Assembly: GCA_050575255.1 (NCBI GenBank)
Contig: JBNZDD010013714.1
Location: 4,743,600-4,807,599, forward strand
Direction: 5' to 3'
From: Harriotta raleighana
Lineage: Eukaryota
DNA: 64,000 nt
Below the pieces are notes generated by a model. That model worked only from the letters and a program-made list of their open reading frames with translations. It had not been told where the DNA came from and did no database searches. Position 1 is the first letter of the stretch. The number at the start of each line of letters is the position of its first letter. The translations under genes and the position numbers were made by a program. This document shows positions 13,880 through 26,316 of this stretch, piece after piece.

Positions 13880-14333
13880 TAATAATAATCCTTGCATTTG
13901 ATGTAGCGCCTTACCACATCTTTGAGTTGTCTCAAAGTTGTCCAGCGCCTTGGGACGTCCTCCTGACGTGAAACGCGCTCTATAAATGTAATTTTGTTGT
14001 TGTTGTTGTCTCAAAGCGCTTCACAAAATATACTATTAATTGTATTGACTGTATATTTTGTGGGCAAAACATGTCAGCCAATTGCACACAGCAATGTTCA
14101 ACAAACAATCATTAATGAGGGGGCCAAATTATTATTTTTTTTGTTGAAGGATTATTACCTCAGAAAAGCAGTCTACCAATCGATTAACCACCGGAATCCT
14201 GCTTATTGCTAGGCAAACTGATGCCTGCTTACTGCTAAGCATGTGGAGTAAGGAAACGCGCCCAACATTTCATCCTGCCTGTAAATCCTCTTGCTTGGAA
14301 GGCTAGTGCTCTCACCACTAAGCTTCGGGGCTC
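13880..14333 (-). mobile_element. tRNA-derived SINE, long form, interrupted by an L2 tail
   Basis: (AAT)n-ccttgcatttgat tail, Deu-like segment, CORE-like segment with an internal duplication (~14198-14240), head remnant ending gggctc. Confidence 0.85.
13938..14004 (+). mobile_element. L2 subfamily B 3' tail nested in the SINE, with a 12-bp TSD
   Basis: gttgtctcaaag at 13926-13937 and 14005-14016 flanks ttgtccagcgccttgggacgtcctcctgacgtgaaacgcgctctataaatgtaattttgttgttgtt. Confidence 0.9.
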
Positions 14334-14339
14334 TACAAT

Positions 14340-14615
14340 GTTATCACATTGGAAAAAAATCTTTGCAGAACTACATAGGAGTTTACTGTAGAATGTGGTA
14401 GGCAAACATGGCGGTCAATTTTCACACAGCAATGTTCCTCAAGCAGCCATGGAAATGCATGACAAATTTGAACTGGGGGATAGTTCACCAGGAGAGAGAC
14501 CAGTAGAAACTCACTTCACTTTTGAATAGCACAATGGGTTCTTTAACATGAGTGAGCAGAAAGGACCTCAACTTCAGAACAGCATCTCCAAGAATGCAGC
14601 ACGTCCCTTCAATTA
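14340..14615 (-). mobile_element. Decayed Deu-domain SINE fragment
   Basis: gtaggcaaacatggcggtcaattttcacacagcaatgttcc...tttgaatagcacaatgggttctttaacat...aatgcagcacgtccc. Confidence 0.7.
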
Positions 14616-17600
14616 TATTGAAAAGAAATGGTGGCACATCAGAATTGAGCTGTAAATTAATGCATAGGGATTTCACCTATTTAAAAAGGTTTATTTTCTC
14701 TTTTATATAAAATAACTGCAATCTTTACACTTTTTGTTGGGAAATGACATTCATAATCCTTTACCTATCTGGTTTTCTGAACCGAGAGGCAGTCAGATAG
14801 CAGCTCAGAGTGAATTTCTTTGTTGAATGACAAATGGTCCTGTATTTTGTCTGTTTAGATTTCCTTAGCCTTTCTGACTAGGGTTACAGAGGCGTGTCAT
14901 CTCTGATTACAGCACAGTCATCAATCTTAGATAGTTCAAAATGCATCTCCATTATTTGGCATAGCTTCAGCCATAAAGGAAACCTCTGGAGGTTGATTGA
15001 ATGTGTCTGAATTGTATTATTTATTGAGACACAGTACAGTATTTGCAAACTCCAGAGGTGGTCATGACAAATCATAATTGTCCCACAGTCACATACAGAA
15101 ACTGATATGGATCCCAAAAAAACTGAAGGCAATTAATTGCATTGTCTGCAGCTCTCTGTTGTAAATTGCATGTGTGCGCATTACATCTGTAATCCAGCAA
15201 TAAGTGAATAACATCTGTGTTGCATGTAGTTGTTTGTAACAGAGACTGCTGAACTGATTGGAGGAGTACTTCACACAAACAGAACCAAACCAAAGGGAAC
15301 CTGTCATCAAGTCTTAGGCCAAGTTGGAACCAAAATTATGGTAGAGTTTGGGTTGCGGAGAACATGTGATGGGAATAATTATTAGGATGCTGGAATCAGG
15401 CAGAGCTGAGTGAATGAGTGAGTTGCACAAACATGTAAACCTTCAGACTCGAGAAAGAATAGGACGTGCATATGTGCATCATCTCCACTGAGATTGGTGT
15501 CAGGGATGTGTTCACTATGTATTAATTGTACGTAGGGATGAAGCACCCGAAATGTTAGACAGGAATGGAATCGGTGAACAGGCATTGTTTTATATTTGAG
15601 AATTTCCTCCTCCAAAATCTTTCAAAAGCAACAGCACCAAATTAGGATTTCTGACTCACGAGTGCATGAACATTGTGGTCTCTGTATTGCTGCTGCTGTG
15701 GAAACAGCAAACAGTCTAAATAGTAGGGTGGAGTTTAGCCACTGAAATCTAATCATTAGGTTCTAGTTTTTACTGGCTTAGACAGAAGTGCTACTTATAT
15801 TCCCCCAACAAGACTATGCTAACCAAGGGATTGCTATTTAACTAAAAACAGTATTTGGTAATGGCACAGGGTTGAACTGAGTGCAAAGTTAGTTTTAAGC
15901 AATAACATGTACACTTAGTGTTGCAGACCACCGTAATATTGCTACTGCACAGAAAAAGAATAGACTGAATCACTTTAAGAGTTTTGGTTAGTAACCATCG
16001 AATCCAAGGAGTTGTGGATAACAAATTTAAGATCTCTTGCTAATGAAGAGGTACTGTTCCAAAATCAGTACTTAGTTTTTTTCCTAACACAACTGAATTT
16101 CCCTCTTTTCTGCATATCAGGGTAAGAAATTCATATGTTTTAGATATTTTGCATGGGCATAGGATTGATATACTGCAGTATAACTTGATGTCACTATCAA
16201 AACATTTTTTTCACATTAGAAAATCAATAGAGGATAGAAAGCAGGTGAATACTTAATCTGGAAATCCACATTTAAAAATATAATATATTCCTCAAGTTCA
16301 GAAGCTACTTTTGAAATGAAAGTAGCTACAGATGTGGGCAAATACATCAAATCTATTTATTGTCAGGCTATATGCTTGTTACATATCTCATTGTATGTGT
16401 GATATTCAAGGTAATTAAACAAAAATCAATTTCCACCAAATTAAGCACTATGCTTCTGTAGTATGGAACATTTTGTTCCTTCATTTTTACACCCCAACAA
16501 AGAGGATTTATTATTATTAATTGAGAATTGCATGGATGCCATGCCTCACATTGCCCTGAGAATGTAGCTCAATGCTCGCCTCGATCTGAGTGAGCCTTCC
16601 AAATGTCACTTCTGATGGCTCAAAATGGTAAATGGCTGCTCATCAGCCTCAGTTTGAGGAGGCTTGTGTCTGGCTCTGAATTCATCCCTGAAAGAAAATA
16701 GATTTAGGTTGTCCCATTGTAATGCCACTTAGAACTTTCAACACTTAACAGGCAGTCTTGTTCCATTCGTTCAACTCAGATTAATAACCAGGTCTTAAAG
16801 GTTTATCGACATGGGGATTATTTACTCTGGTAAATAGCATTTTGACCAAGTGAAAGACAAAAATGTTGTGTGAGCACAAGGCAAATCGCCGATTCTAAAC
16901 CTTTAATATTGATTTTTACAATCCAAATTTATTTTTAACGTAAACAATACCTCAATAAATTCTAATAACTGAAATATTTAAAGTCTAATGGTTTTGAACT
17001 TCACTGAAGGAAAATTCAGATTAAGATACTGTCTCATTTTGAATTTGAAAGGACCCATCACTTCGCTTCATGTTTCTGCAGACTTCAAACCATCAAAAGG
17101 AAACCTCTGCTGAAATCCCCAATTGGTCTGTTAGCTTTACCATGAAGCACTCTGCAATTGGCTAAGAAAATAACACTTCAAGACCTTGAACTTTTTTGGT
17201 CTTGAAGAAAATGTGAAAGCTAAGATTTCAAAAGTTTAAGTGCTTTTTTTCATGTTCAGGGATTAAAAATAATGGGAAAAAAATTACTTGAAACATTCTG
17301 CAGATACAAGAATTTGTTTTGGATGGGCTTTGTATGCTAGATTTTAATAGGCCTAAAATTATTTAAAAATGCAATACTTCACTTTAATCTCCTGCCTGCG
17401 TTTTACAAATTTCATCGGAGTCCAAGACATTAGTTGGGGAGCATGAAATGCAAAGATTGTGAATACGCATTTTCTATTGAAGCTTAATTCTTCTCCTTTG
17501 TACAATTGCATGAATTCTTTGAAGACCTTTCAAATGTTAATGGATGTTTTTTTATTCCAATATTTCTGATTTTATTACTGAGAGGAACTCTGTCTGAAAC

Positions 17601-20496
17601 GGTCTTCAAGACTGATTACTCTAGAATATAGTAACGTAATGAGAAGGCGGTATCTTTATTTTGATCGTTTTCTTGCTTGACTAATAAATATATGTATAGA
17701 TTGTATGCAAAATACATACAATTCCAATAGGTCTCCATTATTTCCAATGGTTGCACAGTGAACATCAGCAAAGCTTAAAATGACTGCTCAATGACGACTC
17801 CAGAAAGAGCATTGGATACTAGCTTGTATCATTCTGGAGATTGTAGGGATAGACGCTGGCTGAGATAAATGTTTCAAGGGCTCATCAATATCTGTACTGA
17901 AAGAGCAGGGTGGGAGAGAGGGAGGGAGGGAGTATTGTCAGTGGAAGAAAGCAAGCCAGGGTTGAACTGTGTAAATGTGGAGATGAATGCAGATAGTCAT
18001 AACGTTTTTAGCTGGCTTTCCTTTTACACTTCATAGAAAATCTGTGAGTAATGTACCCCCAAACAGTTAACATTAGGGATTGCCCTCATTGCTCATCTCT
18101 GCTCTCTCGCATGGGACTTGATGTCCCATTCTGAAACAAACAAGAATCAGGTTCTTTTTCCAGAATCCTGACCTTTGTAAAAGAACATACAACACTGAAA
18201 CTAATTTGCATGGCTGATAACTGATGAAACCCTTGCAATGAATAAAGGTAACTTTCTATTAAAATACTAATAATGACATTTCATAAGGTAACTTATCATG
18301 TCATCAAAGCATCTCAAAGCACTTCACACGATTTACTGTAAAATGTAGTGACTGTACTTGTAGGTGACAGTTTGAATGCCCAACAATGCTTTGAACTTTG
18401 GATGGTAGATTGTTTTTAACCCTTCACTGCCGAACTATCTGTCTGCTCCTCTTCTCTTCACCCATAAACTTGTGGGAATCAGCTCATTGGCATTGACCTC
18501 ATTAATAAAGTGTGCTCTTCCCTGCTCTGAATCTGTGGTGTTTCCTGATAGGTTACTGTACCAGTGGGGATAGGGTTCATTCCTGACATGGCAGGTCTAA
18601 AGTAGTGAAACCTGTGGGCAGGTTGTGAGCAGCAATGCCTCTGGCAAATGTTTTCAAGGCAGAGTTCTTTGGAATGCCTCGGGTTTTAATAAGCACGGAA
18701 ATGTCTGAGAACCATGTGAATTACATTGAATGTGACAAGCCTGCCGACTTGCTTTGATTAATTGGCATCATGTCACTCTCAGCACCTGGCTACGATTTGC
18801 ATGCATTCTTTATTTTGTCTGTTTACATATTCTCAGAACATCCCAGTGCCTCATTAAGCCAAAGGTTATAACCAAAGAATATATCAGTTATTTTTTTCAA
18901 AAATAACTGAATCGACCCGCCCAAAAATAATGAAAGAAAGTAATGGAAATGAGTAAACTCAATATATATTGAATATTTTTGAGCTGTGTTTGTGCGATGC
19001 AGCCTTAAGCAAATGTATAATTATTGGTGCCCCCTTTAAATGTATTTACTAAAATTAACATCCATGTAGTTTTTGATAAAACTCTGGTGTTTTGTTTACT
19101 ACAAATGCACAAACTCATTGCAGTGGAAAATGAGTGAATGCAAATTATTCCAGATCGCAACACAGTAAACATCCACAAAGAAGGATTTCTGACACCTTCG
19201 GAGGATTAAAATTAACAGGTTTTATCACAAATTTCTGGACAGCTTTTACCAATTTCTGTAAATTGCCAGTCAATGTCTTATTTTAAAGTTTATATAATCA
19301 TTCCACGTTCATGCTATGCATGCATGTGTATCCACATACACAAATGTCAGCATGGCGTGCCCAACACAATCTAATTATAAAGAGGCAGTATCCTTGAACA
19401 TGCAATGCTTTGAATCCTGGGACAGGGTAGTTTCCATCTTAAAAGATGAATGTGAGTCTCATACATAGTTATGACAAGTCTGCAGAGTACATAGTATAAA
19501 ACAGATTTGATGATAGAAAAGACAACATATGTATGACTTTACGAATAAAACCCACAATACAATGCATTCTTATGAAACAAGGGAGGATAATGTTCACTCA
19601 TCAGAGACTGTTTGGACAGTTTGATTCACCTGTTCAAAAACTTTTCTATTGAAATGTCAAGTTTATTTTAATCTTGGCATTCATCTCTTTCAACATCTTT
19701 TCCTAACATATTTCCTGGCATATTTCCATAGTGACAAATGGACACAGAGTAAAGGGATATGTGGGGCAAAACACTGGACTTGTATTGTATTAAAAATACT
19801 CTATCCATCACTAATGTCCAAAGAAACTTGCATGGATCAGAATAGATGTGGGGACAAAGGTACTTAGCATAAAGCTTCCAAATCAGCAGAGCTGTCATCA
19901 TTACAAACTAATGTAAGTTCTCTAAAATAATAACAGTTCCTCCATGTACTAATATAGTTGTGGAACCTGAAAACATAGGATCTAAGTTGGCTTATTTTTT
20001 AACACCTCTGTCAACCACTGGAGATTTGAGTTGTCTGTTTTTGTTGTACAAGTGGTGACCCAAAGCCTAAGGCAATCCTTTTGTAGTTCAGTAGATTAGA
20101 TCTACTTGGGACCAGTTACCTTGCCTTCAATTCTGTGGCTGAAATAAGAGATTCAACTGGTCAACCTATTCCCAGTCATCTTAACATGCCTGCGAGCATG
20201 CAAGTCTCTATATCCTGAGAGAATCTGGGGGAATAAACCTGCATTATTGGGTTGTGAGATAATGTACCTTAGAGAATATAGTCTTGCTGGTTCTTCACCA
20301 TTTAAGGAAATTATAACTGATCAGTGTGTGATTCCTGAGGGATGAATTTGACCAAAAAGGACAGAGGTGAACATACAGGTTGTGTCAACTATCTCTGAGC
20401 CTGCATTATATGTGAAGCACAAATAAATGTCCGAGTTCTAGTTTGTGAGGTGCTATGTGCAAACCACCACTAATATCTACTTTGCGAATATATATG

Positions 20497-20617
20497 CCAA
20501 TTTAGGAATTTCTCTCCTTTTACTGTTTTGTGTAGTTTGTCTAGGANTGTGTATTCTATTATATATACCAATTTAGGAATTTCTCTCCTTTTACTGTTTT
20601 GTGTAGTTTGTCTAGGA
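20497..20617. other. Assembly join artefact: exact 50-bp duplication around a single N
   Basis: 20497-20546 is identical to 20568-20617; N at 20547. Confidence 0.85.
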
Positions 20618-20839
20618 AACAGAGATTTAAATTAAAAAATGAATCTGAAATTTTATTAAAAAATAAAAACTCATGGTTTAAAAACTAAACATTTTGAAGA
20701 GCATTTTATACTTTTATTTATTCTTTCATCTTTTAAATATTAGTTTTAACAAAACTTTTGCTAAAAAATTTCTTTGTAAATTTAGAAAACCGTTGATCTG
20801 TTCATGCATGTTCATTCATTCATCAGACCAACCAACTAA

Positions 20840-20954
20840 CCACGTTTCACCCAGAAATACAGTCAATCTACTTGACAGTATATTCTGTGAAGCATTTATA
20901 GATGTCTCAACAACATGATAAGACTCTATATCAAATGCAAGGATTATTATTATT
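20840..20954 (+). mobile_element. 5'-truncated SINE (3' ~115 bp)
   Basis: cacgtttcacccagaaatacagtcaat...tattctgtgaagc...tatatcaaatgcaaggattattattatt. Confidence 0.85.
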
Positions 20955-23900
20955 TTGTTTGAGATATTGGCATTCCAGTCCAATACAAGAACTACATAAT
21001 TATAATTGTATAATAATGTGAGAGGAAATGAAATTTTGTTATGGCTTTATTATGTACAAATTGGATGCTATAATTTTTTTAGCATTTTATCCACAAACTA
21101 TTAATAGTTTGATATTAAAAACATTTAAAATGTTTATTTAGTAATTTTCTATTTTACACATATCATACACCACAAGGAGCATAATTAAGGAATAATCAGA
21201 ATTTCTGCAGACATTCTAGTGCAAGATCTTACTCTAAATTAAATTCCAAAGCTGCAGTGACTAAGTAGTAGAGCATTGTGCGTCCTAGAGTTTGCAGAAA
21301 GCACCTTGTTGATGGTACTTATTCACTTAAACACAAATCACGGAGAAAATATTATTTGATACTTCTTGTTAGATTTTGCTGTACTTTTAAAAATTGGCTA
21401 ATCATTTTCTCTTTTTAGAAATAATTTTCAGTCAGTCCCCTCGCTGTGTTGTTTTGCATTTGTATTCAGTCGTGTTCCAAGTAAATGGTTGGAGTTAGTA
21501 AATCCTGGTTAAAGACTAATAGACTGCTGCTGGAAAATAGATTTTCTGCATGTTTCAGGGATCAATTGAATCGGTTTCTCTCTCCTTTTCCATTTTAAAA
21601 AAAAATCACGACATGTTACTTAAGGAAGGAAATAAACCAGTACTCTTCACATTGATCCAATATCAGGCATCTGAGATATGCATGATTTAATTCAAAAATA
21701 CAATCTCGTATATATGGGAGACAGAAAATTTATGAGAATCTAAATGTCATCTGTTGCTCCCGTCCTTCCGTCCACATGAGAAACACTTTCATGTTCTTTT
21801 GCCTGTGCTTGTCTCTCCAAGACTTTTGGTTTTGCTCAAATTGTACTATTCCTTGCATTTGTTGCTGCACACAAGTAAGTATTAATTATAATAATTCTTG
21901 TATTTGATAGAGTGCATTATCGTATAGCAGACATTGCTTAGAAAATAAGTTTGCAGCTTTATCGTTAACAATCGATTATACCAGAATCATAGTGCACTGA
22001 TGAACAATTTTAAAATGTATGAAAACAACTATAATTTATATTTCTATAGTGTCATTTTTTACGTCAGGAGTGCGCTGTCCAGTGGGTACTTGAACTGGAG
22101 TAAGGTTGAGTGGGGTGGAGTGGAGGGAAGATGACTGAAAGCATGGTCGAAAAGATATGAACAGCTGTGGTATAAACTAAAAGTAGGATTGACACATATT
22201 CTATTCTCACTGTAACTTTCAGAATCTGTGAAGTTACTCCATAAGATGATGGAGCACTTTTGTTCCCTAAATAGAGATTATGTTCTGGAACTTTAACAAG
22301 CTTTGATTTCTGAACATTGGGAGAATCTTTCCTGTTTGGCTTTTTAGTGTATTGTGAAATGATTTGAATATTATATATCAGATATTTATTTCCACACTGA
22401 TAATATTTGCTGAATGCCTTCCACATTGCATTGGATTCACGTGATTATTAGTTTAAGCCTAAAGTACAACATTTCTTTCCTTTTTTTTCTACCAGTCAAT
22501 TGTCATGTGAAGTTGAACCTCATTTGTAATAATCAAGGGCTAAGACTTTCACCTGCTGTTTGAACTGCAAACTTTGACTCGACAATGCATTGCTGATCTG
22601 TCACAAGCTATTTACAAACTTGGAGCCTGCAGTGCTCATAAATGTAACATTAATACCGATGCTGTATACAGATGAATAGCTGAACTGAAGAATACTGATC
22701 TGGATGACATAATGATAGCAAGAGCATTGTCCTTATGTTAAATTATTTGCTTAAATTCTCTTTCATTGACAATGCCCTTTTGAAAAGAGTGTCCATTATC
22801 CAGAAGAAGCTCCAAAGAGATGTGCTGAGCTTGTCACATGCTTTGATGGTAATTTTGCCCCAGGCATTTGTCATCTAACCTAGAGGGATAACAACGTGTA
22901 ATGGTAGTGCTTCTTTAGTACTCAGTGTAAGTACGCACATATTACTGAAATCCCCATTACAATTATCACGGGGAAATAATCAAAGCTTACCAAGACAAAT
23001 GAGGTATTGTGGCCTCATTTCATCTCTAATTTTATAGATAATGATTAAAATCATACATAGCGTTGCTCAATGATTCCTTATTTATTTGTAAAGCTATTTC
23101 CACTGTCTATTCCAACAGACTAGGAACACTGTGGTATGATAAAAATGTAATAACAATAATCCTTGCATTTAATATAGCACTTTCACATTAGGTAGGTGAC
23201 ATAAAGCGCTTCGCAGGATTTAGTATAAAGTCACTGTGTATATTGTAAGCAAGCGTTTCTGTCGTGATGTATTTAATTCAACAAGAAGCTCAATTAATTC
23301 AATTCTTCTGAATGAATATGTAAACCTCTATTGTTCATCTATTTCATTTCAAACCCTGTTATCAATTTTTAATTACTGGAGCAATTATATTTTCTTCCAG
23401 AATTTTTTCTTTTAGTAAAAGATGGTACAGTATGTGGAAAAAATAAGCTTTGCAAATCATATCTCTGATGAGGATTATAAACATTTTCTGTGGTGAATTC
23501 ATATCACAAATCAAAGTGATATATTGCAGGAACTTTGCTCATTGTACAAATTAAAGTACAGTATAGGAATGATCAAGAAGTGCCTGACAAAGTTGTCGAG
23601 ATGCATCCTTTTTCATATAGTTTCCATGCTGTGGTGTAAAATTATGAACTATTGTGGAGAAAATGCATCTGGGTCTAGTTTGACCCAATGTTTTGCTGCA
23701 TTTGAGAATATCCCATATTTGGAAAATTCTTAAACACAGCCTTAATTTTGGAGCTGTTTTGCTGCAAAACATTTTTAAGAACATCAGGTAACGACTTCAA
23801 AGTTTCGGCTGAATTCAGTAATTTGCCATGTGTTACATAAATGCTACGTAAATAGAGAAAATCTAGACCAAGGAGAAAGTTCTTCCCCCAACATCTTTCT

Positions 23901-24299
23901 TTAAAGAGAAACTAAAACTGTTCCTCAGAAATAACAGGTGTCTCATTGTGCAGTTGGAGGGCGCCCCATATCATAATCAGTAACAACAGAGATCCCTAGG
24001 TGATGCACAGAATGATGTTTTGTCCACCCTTTGATGCATCACCTCTCAATTGTCACGCGAGAGGACACTGGACTTATTTAAAAAACATTTTGATTGTGAT
24101 GGCAGGTTGGTAGGATGGGTATTCTGGAGGCAAGAAGGCATGTGGGTTGAAGGAAGAGCCTTCTTCTTCCAAGCCAATCTTGGGTTCTTGTGTTTCTTAA
24201 GCAGCTGCACAGCCCATTGTTGAGCTTGCTGAGAAGAACGTCACCCATTAGATTTGCATATTTGGTAAATGGAAAGTCAGGAATGTGATTAGATTAACT

Positions 24300-24356
24300 A
24301 TAACAACAAAATTACATTTGTATAGTGCCTTTCACATCTGGCCAAAGGCACTGGAA
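24300..24356 (-). mobile_element. L2 subfamily B 3' tail
   Basis: aacaacaaaattacatttgtatagtgcctttcacatc...aaggcactgga. Confidence 0.7.
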
Positions 24357-25164
24357 CAACCTGTCAGAATGCAATAAAATTGTTCTTGCTTGATATTTGG
24401 AGCTGCAGAGATTAATAAAGCCAATTGCTGGAGTTCCTCAGGAATCTATATCTTGGCAACCTGTGGGTTTTTTCCATAAATGAAGGAACGGTTGCTTGTG
24501 GAGGGGTTGCTTGCTTACACGTTCCTCAGCTTGATGGGCGAAGTCAATTTTGCAGCTATGGTGTCAAAGTTGCCAGTTCCCTCAAAGCAGGATTCCTGAG
24601 AGTCCATTGCTAAATCGGATTCCCCTTTGGTACCAGGAACGCAGATCAGTCAGCGGTTGATCACGCTTCATCCCCAGAAGCAAACATAACCTTCTCTTGC
24701 AAGGCACAGCAGGATTTTTAGGACAGCTTTCACAGTACTCCAGCTCCTGGCAATCCATCAAACATTGAAACTTGGCAAATCTTCAGAAATACAGAGCAGC
24801 AGCTCAACTCAAGTATCCAGTTCCCTGTTGTTTTCACTTGATTGACTTAAAATGTTGTACTACTTCTCAACAAAAAATCTTGACATGGATTTCTTAATCC
24901 CCGGTCAACTATCTATTATTCCTGTTTGTTTCACTTTATTTCACTATGCTTCCTATAAATGAGTTCTTCAATGGTTCATTGTTGCTCTTTTTTAAATACT
25001 GTAGCTCATGTTTCTTTTTCCATAATCTCTTCTGTTGTTACCTTTTCCTTTATCTCTGCCATTTGGTATCATGCCCTTCAATGTAGATTTGCTCCCTGAC
25101 TGCATTGTCTTTGTTTCCTAAAAGTACTACTCACTGAACTACTCGTTGGGCTCAGTTCATCCCG

Positions 25165-25724
25165 TTCTTTGGATTTCACACCCAATGCAGCTGAAACCCT
25201 CATCCATGCTGTCATCACCTCCTGTCTGAATTATTCCAATGACCTCCAAACTGGTCTCCCCAGCTCCACTATTCACAAAATCCAATTAATCCATATCTCC
25301 ACCACCTGTGCACTCACCTGCATTAAATTCTGTACCCCACATCACACCAGTCCTTGCCTGGCTCTCTATCACAGACTTCAGGATCCTCACACTCGTCTAC
25401 AAATCCATTCATGCTCTAGCACTTCCCTATCCCTCCGACTCACTTACTCTCCACTCCAGTACCTGCTGCCTCCATTTGGCTGATTCCGGCCTCCTGCTTG
25501 TCCATTGCAGTTGTGCTTTCAGCCATTACTAACCAATACTTTGAAACTGTCTCTCTCTCAATCCTTGCCCCCTCTATCCCTGTTTTGAAATCATGCATGA
25601 AAACTTCCTCTTCAACCATGCCTTTGGTCGCCTCCATCCTCCCCCAGCTCAGTCAGGCTCCTCCACTGTTAAGTGTACAAAGACACTAGCCAGTGTGATA
25701 TAAATGCAAGTTGTTGTTATTGTT
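25165..25724 (+). mobile_element. L2 LINE 3' fragment (ORF2 C-terminus + tail)
   Basis: Peptides AAETLIHAVITSCLNYSN.LQTGLPSSTIHKIQLI, HITPVLAWL and FRILTLVYKSIHALA match the L2 ORF2 end; terminates tataaatgcaagttgttgtt. Confidence 0.93.
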
Positions 25725-26139
25725 GCTCTTCCTCCCATGTTAACCATGGATGCTAACATAAATTAAAATTGTCCCCATTAATTTCTGCTTCAAACCATCA
25801 TTGAGATGCAGCAATGTGAAAGCTCAGCTTTAAAAGTAGAATTCACATAATACAGTACTGTGCTGTGCCCGGTCCTCTGCACCTATAATAATAATAATAA
25901 TGATACGTTCAGATTTTGAGGACAAGCAAAAGGATTATTACAATGTACAATGTCCTCATACATTAGATGTACCAAATATCTTAAGCATCTTATTAAAGAA
26001 AACATTAACCCATTACTGTAGACTTTGTTAAAATCACTTCAAATTTCTTACTCATTTTGCTCTTATAAATGTACTAATAATTGATCAATTTTACTTTTGC
26101 TTATTTTCACCATGGGTAGTCTAGTGATTTGTATAATAT

Positions 26140-26316
26140 ACTAAGAATATTTTTGCATTTGATAACAATACCCTTTCATATCAGGAGACCATTTCAAAGC
26201 ACTTATAATAAATAATAATCATTTCATTTGATATAGCACCTTACTGCATCATCGAGACATCTCAAGGCACTTCACAGGATATACTGTAAATTGCAGTGTC
26301 TATTTTGTGGGCGAAT
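26140..26316 (-). mobile_element. Two tandem truncated SINE 3' ends
   Basis: ttgcatttgataac...caaagcactt, then (AAT)n catttgatatagcacc...cttcacaggatatactgtaaa...ttttgtgggcgaa. Confidence 0.75.
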
